A stretch of DNA of 63,187 bases, filler included, from Nitrospinae bacterium RIFCSPLOWO2_12_FULL_45_22 (GTDB lineage Bacteria > 2-12-FULL-45-22), in NCBI GenBank assembly GCA_001803565.1. It is 9 parts of 9 records of this genome, joined end to end, with 100 filler letters (N's around TTAATTAATTAA, not from the genome) between each part and the next. Parts side by side here need not be neighbours in the genome. Positions count along the whole stretch, not along the records: positions 57,421 to 63,187 come from MHDQ01000240.1; 8 more parts are not named here. One strand, 5' to 3'. A program made the position numbers and the translations under genes. The notes beneath the pieces are model-generated. The model saw only the letters and a program-made list of their open reading frames with translations, was not told the origin of the DNA and made no database searches. Below, one piece after another: positions 57,421-63,187 of the stretch; the first letter of the stretch is position 1; every line of letters starts with the position of its first letter.

Positions 57421-58455
57421 ACTATTGGTGGTCCCCTCAAGTTACGTCAGATGCCCATCACCCGGATAGAGAATGCCTGTGCTACGGGTATGGATGCCTT
57501 GAGGAATGCCTCTTTTTCCGTAGCCTGCGGCTTATACGATATAGTCCTGATAGTAGGGGTAGAGAAGCTGAAGGATACGGGATTTGGTGGCTTGCCAGAA
57601 TTCTTCTCCCACCCAGTATATGGCCAGGGCTTTACTGCACCGGGCCGGTGGGCATTAGGTGCTACCAGGTACTTCCAGGCCCATGGCATAAAGCCAGAAG
57701 ACGGTAAGACGGCCCTGGCCAAGATTGCTGTAAAGAATCATCGTAATGGTAGCCTATCGCCTAAAGCCCATTTTCAGCGAGAGATAACGCTAGAGCAGGC
57801 ATTGAAGGCACCTATCATCGCCTGGCCTTTAGGGCTGTTCGATTGCTGCCCCACGACTGATGGGGCGGCTGCGGCCATAATATGCCGGGCGGATATGGCC
57901 CGCTCTTTTAAGGACGATTATATATTGGTGAAGGGCTTTGGGCTGGCTATGGGGCCGGGCTTAGGGAAAGAAGATATTGACTATCGGTACGACTGCTTAC
58001 CGGAGACGATAGCGGCTGGTAAGCAGGCCTATGATGCAGTAGGGATAAAGAACCCGCGTAAGGAGATCAGCTTAGCCCAACTCCATGATTGTTTTACTAT
58101 AGCAGAGCTATTGGAATATGAGGCCCTGGGGTTTTGTGGGCCGGGCAAGGCATTATTAGAGGAAGTTGATGCTGGCACCTTTACCCTGGAGGGAGAACTA
58201 CCGGTCAATACCGATGGTGGTTTAAAGGCCTTTGGTCACCCTATAGGGGCTACTGGACTCCGTATGTGCTATGAATTATACAACCAATTGCTGGGCAAGG
58301 CCGGTCCCAGGCAGATAAAGAATCCCCAATTAGGATTAGCCATGGCCCAGGGCGGCCACCCCGGTAACCTCATGCCCATCGTTACTATCCTCGGCCGCAA
58401 AGATTNNNNNNNNNNNNTCATGCCCATCGTTACTATCCTCGGCCGCAAAGATTAA
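57421..58455 (+). CDS. SCP2-type thiolase (acetyl-CoA acyltransferase), 5' partial; 3' end duplicated across a small gap
   Basis: ENACATG, VKNH, DCCPTTDGAAA, HDCF, NTDGGL...GHPIGATG. Confidence 0.9.
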   Translation, partial: TIGGPLKLRQMPITRIENACATGMDALRNASFSVACGLYDIVLIVGVEKLKDTGFGGLPEFFSHPVYGQGFTAPGRWALGATRYFQAHGIKPEDGKTALAKIAVKNHRNGSLSPKAHFQREITLEQALKAPIIAWPLGLFDCCPTTDGAAAAIICRADMARSFKDDYILVKGFGLAMGPGLGKEDIDYRYDCLPETIAAGKQAYDAVGIKNPRKEISLAQLHDCFTIAELLEYEALGFCGPGKALLEEVDAGTFTLEGELPVNTDGGLKAFGHPIGATGLRMCYELYNQLLGKAGPRQIKNPQLGLAMAQGGHPGNLMPIVTILGRKDXXXXXMPIVTILGRKD

Positions 58456-59380
58456 GCAAGGAGAGTATTCAAAGATTCACGTTCTATCCGGGTTCATCCG
58501 TGGTAGAATCCTTGTTGTTAATAACGGAGCCACCAAGGCTCACTAAGTAGCTGCAGGGCCTTGCCCTGACCGCTCTGATCACAAAAAATCCAAATTTCTT
58601 CCTTCGGGTGATATGACAGGCAAGGGCTCAGGCGAAATGGCCGGTAGCCGTATTGCCTTACGCTGCCGCCTCTTCGACATACCGGCAAGAATTTTTGCGG
58701 CTTCCTGGAGGCATCGGTTACTAAAATATTAATTCTAGAAGCTCTCATTTCTTATTTAGGAACATGACCTTTCATATTCAGCCTTATGCCTTTCCCTCGG
58801 TTCCAATATTTTCCTTGACCCAGTTGCTACAACCTGATATAAAGATGCTCAGCTATTGTATTCTTAGGGAAATCCCTGCCTGAAAGTCAATAAAGTCATC
58901 TTTCCATGATGGATTTGGGGCTAGGAAAATGGTTAAGTTCCTATACCTGTTTTGATTTCTTGTTATCCCTGAGTTACTAAACCACAGATAAAAACTATAT
59001 CTCAAATATTTGACAGAAAAGGCTATGTTTGTATGTGAAGTCTTGACCCGGGACAAACATAATAATGGGCAAGATTTGGGATTGAAATATACACCTTGGG
59101 CTTAAAAAGCATGAGAGACTTCCTAAATAGTAAAGGTTAAAGGCAGGAAATATTGACAGCAACAGGTGTAAGTGCTAAAAATTAAGGTTGGATTAAAAAA
59201 ACCACCGGAAAGTCTGAAGAAGGAAGGGGGGTGAGAAAAACAAAAACTAGAGACTGGAACTTTAGTGAAAGATATCCCTAAAACAGCGGATAACATGACA
59301 ATTTTAGGGATAAGCGTAATATTGCGGTTATTAACCATTTAAGCCAAAATTCCGTCTCGAGGTTAAATAAGGAGATAGTA

Positions 59381-59788
59381 ATGGACCCAACATCCTTGGC
59401 TACTATCGCTACAAGTGCAGTTGCCTTGCTCTCCCCATATCTGGAGAAGGCGGGCGAGGAATTTGCCAAGTCTGCTGGAAGCGCAGCTTGGAACAAGGCA
59501 GAGAAGTTGTATCAAGCCATCAAGGCTAAATTTGCTGTTAAGTTTGCTGCAAGGGAGGCTCTTGATAATCTTGCAAAAATACCCGAAGACCCTGACACTC
59601 AAGCTGCAGTGTGCGCCGAACTCAAGAAAGTGATGGCGGTTGATGAAAAGTTTGCTAAACAGCTCGCTGGCATCCTCAAAGAAGCCGCTGAAGCCGGTGT
59701 AGACAGAGTTTTCAACACCACAATCTATGGGGATGTTGCGAAACTCATCCAAATAGGTGATGTCTATGGTGACGTCACGATTTCTTAA
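59381..59788 (+). CDS. Bell/HeLo-like helical effector with C-terminal RHIM-like amyloid motif
   Basis: RBS AAGGAG; hydrophobic N-helix MDP...ATSAVALLSPYL, A..AG..AW...LY..IK.KF, P.D.D; tail FNTTIYGDVAKLIQIGDVYGDVTIS. Confidence 0.78.
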   Translation: MDPTSLATIATSAVALLSPYLEKAGEEFAKSAGSAAWNKAEKLYQAIKAKFAVKFAAREALDNLAKIPEDPDTQAAVCAELKKVMAVDEKFAKQLAGILKEAAEAGVDRVFNTTIYGDVAKLIQIGDVYGDVTIS

Positions 59789-59836
59789 AGTTGCGGATTA
59801 GGTTAATCAGCCCTCAACCCACGGGAGAAGACAGAT

Positions 59837-60505
59837 ATGACTGATAATTCAAGGCGCGATACCTATATACACGGTAATTTGGACAAACTGACCACGATTG
59901 GAACAGTACAGGGCAACGTCTTGATCGTGAATGAAAAGGCTATTAAGGATAATTTAGGGAGGATACAAGGTGCCCTATCATCTCGACATCTATATCCCGT
60001 AGAGAATGTGAGCGACTACATCAAGGTCATCATCAAATCAAACCGCTTCGGTCGAAAAATCCAGCTTCAGGTGCCACAAGGCATGACCATAAAGGCACTT
60101 ATTGACTTTGAGGTTGACTTGCTTGGGCTTCCTTGGCGGAAATCTCTTGACGAGTTGATGATTTCCTTTAACTTCCGGTATTATGTTGTTTACCAAGGTA
60201 AGAAAGTGCCCCTCAATAAGACTCTGCGTGATGCAAACATCCATGATGGTGCTGAACTTGAGCTTTCAATCGTAGCGATTTGGACCGATGAAGTCGAGGA
60301 AGTTGAGGGCGTGGAAGCCAAAAATGGACTGGCAGTGATGTATGAAATAGGTGGCAGAATGCAACAACTGGCCACGCGTGAGGCTGCGCGCAAAGCTAGA
60401 GGAGTGATAACAACAAGCAAGATAAAATCTTGGGCGAATAGCTTCTTTACGTTCGTTGACGAGTTGGGGGAGCTGACAAAAGGTAACGAGGCGAATTCAC
60501 ATTGA
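59837..60505 (+). CDS. Protein with N-terminal matching amyloid motif and ubiquitin-like (YukD/EsaB-like) domain
   Basis: N-terminal TYIHGNLDKLTTIGTVQGNVLI; beta-grasp pattern IKVII...LQVPQGMTIKALI...YQGKKVPLNKTLRDANIHDGAELEL. Confidence 0.72.
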   Translation: MTDNSRRDTYIHGNLDKLTTIGTVQGNVLIVNEKAIKDNLGRIQGALSSRHLYPVENVSDYIKVIIKSNRFGRKIQLQVPQGMTIKALIDFEVDLLGLPWRKSLDELMISFNFRYYVVYQGKKVPLNKTLRDANIHDGAELELSIVAIWTDEVEEVEGVEAKNGLAVMYEIGGRMQQLATREAARKARGVITTSKIKSWANSFFTFVDELGELTKGNEANSH

Positions 60506-60511
60506 AACCTC

Positions 60512-60591
60512 GGCTAATACGGCGTTGACTGCTTCGCTACGATCTGCTCAAATGGCCTTCGGCCACTGCGCCAACACCAGAAATGTTAAAT
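60512..60591 (+). mobile_element. Degenerate attC-like site
   Basis: GGCTAAT...GGCGTTGACTG pairs imperfectly with CGCCAACACC; internal TGGCCTTCGGCCA hairpin; terminal GTTAAAT fits GTTRRRY. Confidence 0.55.
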
Positions 60592-60669
60592 GAGATATCA
60601 GCCTAATTTGTTCTTCTAAGGATATAAAGCATTTAAAATTTAAACCTGGGTTCTCTGGGGAGTGTAATT

Positions 60670-62274
60670 ATGTTTAAGTCCTTTGAACAAGATATACTTA
60701 GAGCTGTTTCAGGTAAATTTAACCTTCTTCAAGGTATTACCTTGTCAACAGCCATACTATTTGAAGGGCATGATTGGCAAGCTACAGAATATCACGAATG
60801 TATACATATGGAATTAACTGATAATAGCATCTTCGGATATTTCCAAAGGCTTCTACTTTCTCTAATATTCTCCCCGAATGTCCCTCAAGAACATAAAAAA
60901 ATTTACAGAACTGCTTTTGAGGAAACAATGAAAAATAGTTTTATGGTGCATGAAGGATTAGCTACCTACAGAGCATTAGCCTGGTACAATGCTTATTCTG
61001 ACAAAGCAGAAGTTTACCGCCAAACGCTCCGGGAAGATTATAAGAAAGCATTAGAATATGTTTTGCAACTACTACCCGATTATATCCTTATTACTACACC
61101 CGAATTGCAAGCAGGAGTTCACGCCCTTTGCGTTTTGCTAGGTTGCTATTTGCTAAATGCTCCTATTCCAGTCTATTATGAAAATTGGAATTTGTTACGA
61201 AGTTCGACGCTGAAGTATATCAATATAGATAGCCCAGATGATAGACTTAAGAATTTAATCGAATATAAGGATAAGAAAAATGTTTTGCTATTATTATTGC
61301 AGGAAGTTCAAATTATTCATGAAGACCTTTTTAAATTTGAAGGCCATTTGGACAATTTTGGGGGCCATCTCGATAATACTATTTCATCATTAAAGACGAT
61401 ATTTCCCCAAATTCCTGTTTGTGGTTTTTTTGAAAGAGGCGAATTATTTTTAAAAATGCTTAAAAATTGGCGAAAACAACTCGAAAGTAAATATAGATAT
61501 GGTCAATATCTATTTAACGATGAGATAAAATCTCGGTTGTCTAAAAAACCAAGAGAGGTCGGTATAGAAAAAGTAATTTATGAAGTCATCTTTGCTAATC
61601 TTAATGCGGGGATGAAATTAAATGGTTATAAAGAAATAAATCTTCCAGATATTAGTACATATCTTAAGAGGGTTAGCGAGATAATTGAAACCGGGGATAT
61701 CCCCTTTATTGTAATTGTAGCAAATCCAACCAAGGAAGATATTCAAATAACCAAGGACTATAAATTAGCCTCAAATACAATTATTGGTTCAATATTTAAT
61801 ATAAAAATAGATGAATTAAATAATTTTAGCATTGAAATCAAAAATCGGACGATTTACAACTTTATAAGCTCATTGACAGAATTATTTGAGTCAGCTAAAA
61901 AGCTTCCCAAGAATAGTGTAATTCATTATCTGAATAGTTACTATCAGAATTTATTATTACAATATCAGTACAAATTTAATCATTTTTATATAATTAGAAT
62001 AATCAATTATGAGGATTTTCGAAAATCTTTTCATATAGATAACATTAGGTGCTTTTTTTATTACAATAACAGAAAAACCGCATTTTGCTACTATAATGAG
62101 AATGAGCATTCTTTTTATTTTTATATAATAAATTTAATGCAGAAGGAAAATATCAAGCGTATGCTGGCAAATAAATTTCTTATTGACCCTAAAGAGTATT
62201 TTTGTCAGATTGGCAATAATGAAATTTCGATGCAACAGCTTGCCTTATTAGCATTTTGGGGATTAAGTTTATAA
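60670..62274 (+). CDS. AT-rich hypothetical protein with N-terminal gluzincin-like metallopeptidase motifs
   Basis: HECIH (HExxH) followed about 50 aa later by HEGLATY (EGxA third ligand). Confidence 0.65.
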   Translation: MFKSFEQDILRAVSGKFNLLQGITLSTAILFEGHDWQATEYHECIHMELTDNSIFGYFQRLLLSLIFSPNVPQEHKKIYRTAFEETMKNSFMVHEGLATYRALAWYNAYSDKAEVYRQTLREDYKKALEYVLQLLPDYILITTPELQAGVHALCVLLGCYLLNAPIPVYYENWNLLRSSTLKYINIDSPDDRLKNLIEYKDKKNVLLLLLQEVQIIHEDLFKFEGHLDNFGGHLDNTISSLKTIFPQIPVCGFFERGELFLKMLKNWRKQLESKYRYGQYLFNDEIKSRLSKKPREVGIEKVIYEVIFANLNAGMKLNGYKEINLPDISTYLKRVSEIIETGDIPFIVIVANPTKEDIQITKDYKLASNTIIGSIFNIKIDELNNFSIEIKNRTIYNFISSLTELFESAKKLPKNSVIHYLNSYYQNLLLQYQYKFNHFYIIRIINYEDFRKSFHIDNIRCFFYYNNRKTAFCYYNENEHSFYFYIINLMQKENIKRMLANKFLIDPKEYFCQIGNNEISMQQLALLAFWGLSL

Positions 62275-62432
62275 TGCCATTAGACAAATGCAAATTTTAT
62301 TATTTTTTGCAGTTTTTGCAACCATAATGTTATTATCAAAATAGACTGGATACTTTATCTAACACAGGCTTTGTATTTTGCAGACCCTGAAAAGTACTTT
62401 AAGGACGAAGTGGAAATACTTCTTGATACATA

Positions 62433-62524
62433 AGATAACAAAGCCTATCGTGGTTCCGTGCCTTTGGCAATTCACCCAAATCTAGCCTGACGGCTGGACT
62501 TCAGATACGCTGGTAACATTATGC
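62433..62524 (+). mobile_element. Degenerate attC-like site
   Basis: AGATAAC...AGCCTATCGTG pairs with CAGATACGCT; internal hairpins; ends ATTATGC (GTTATGC with one change). Confidence 0.55.
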
Positions 62525-63100
62525 AAAATTCTATAAAAAATCAGTAGGGAGAATGTTTCCGGTTGTAACCTACACATTTGAAAGCTCTTCGTAAAGTAAA
62601 GATTACTACGAGAAAGCGATACTCTATATATGGGGGGTAATAGCGGAAGGGGTTTCTATATGATTATGGACCCTTTCAAACCCTGCAGCCAATCCTTCGC
62701 TCCCCCTGTCTGCCAACAGGCAGGTTGGGCTTCATAACTTTTAATAGCTGCTATAATTTTTGTTGATGCAGGCGACAGAAATCAGCAGATTTGCGGTCGG
62801 TATCAATGGTTATGACCCGCAAGCAATTTCCTGCTCCCGAGGGTTTTGTTTTGCCTTTCTCCTTCTTTTATAAATCTATGCCCGGCTAAAGCCTCTCCTT
62901 TTAATGGGGGATACAGGCCGTTATACAGGGCCGGGACCACCTTCTGTGGAGGAGTGATAACATCCGCCCCGTTGAAGTAATAAGTTCCGTACTTTACCTC
63001 ACTATATGTGAGATTTAGTGTGAGGTAGTTCACCACCCTTAATTCTTGATACCCTGGCAAATCTGAGGGACAGGTAATATAGAAACTGCCCGCATTTTTC

Positions 63101-63187
63101 TCAATACGCACTTCCTCGTGGAAGGATGGCGTAAACATGAATAAGCTTTTTATTTTTGTCTGGTGTAAAGAGGATTCTCCAGTTCCC
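63101..63187 (-). CDS. RelE/ParE-family toxin, C-terminal fragment cut by the window edge
   Basis: Translates GNWRILFTPDKNKKLIHVYAILPRGSAY*. Confidence 0.7.
   Translation of the reverse strand, partial: GNWRILFTPDKNKKLIHVYAILPRGSAY

Noticed and set aside
58369-58455. Duplicated thiolase C-terminus (MPIVTILGRKD twice)
   Set aside because: The copies flank a 12-N gap; this is an unmerged overlap from scaffolding.
58518-59338. Short ORFs between the thiolase and the Bell-like gene as an integrase or NLR remnant
   Set aside because: I found no tyrosine-recombinase or P-loop motifs in the frames I could read; left unassigned.
62708-62724. CCTGTCTGCCAACAGGCAGG-like short palindrome
   Set aside because: A single REP-like copy in this window, too little to support a call.
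62803-63138. 111-aa minus-strand ORF
   Set aside because: Its start overlaps the RelE-like C-terminus in another frame and it has no RBS; at best a remnant.

Overview
This window is an artificial concatenation of nine contigs joined by 100-nt N spacers containing TTAATTAATTAA, so gene order is only meaningful within a contig. The gene content suggests an anaerobic, Deltaproteobacteria-like or related uncultured bacterium. Contig 1 holds a type IV pilus locus (pilT, pilT/U-like, pilC, pilS, pilR-like) interrupted by an inverted-repeat-flanked GxxExxY gene. Contig 2 has two chemoreceptors, ribF, a flippase-like protein and a cysteine desulfurase. Contig 3 has a fused double family III CoA-transferase, damaged enoyl-CoA hydratase and 2-oxoacid:ferredoxin oxidoreductase genes, and a radical SAM/SPASM enzyme. 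Contig 4 has trehalose genes, a CPR-like DGR-target-like gene and tandem riboswitch-like relics. Contigs 5 and 6 have large secreted repeat proteins, a c-di-GMP-I riboswitch and toxin-antitoxin pairs. Contig 7 has an attC-separated chorismate mutase and restriction-modification pair, hslO and an expanded archaeal-type TIM. Contig 8 has redox genes including trxB. Contig 9 has a thiolase and an attC-punctuated accessory island. The top candidate novel system is at 59381-60505: a Bell/HeLo-like helical effector ends in a RHIM-like amyloid motif (IQIG), and the adjacent gene starts with a matching motif fused to a ubiquitin-like domain instead of the usual NLR. This is a putative amyloid-signalling cell-death or antiphage module. 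All family assignments come from reading motifs by eye; no database searches were run.
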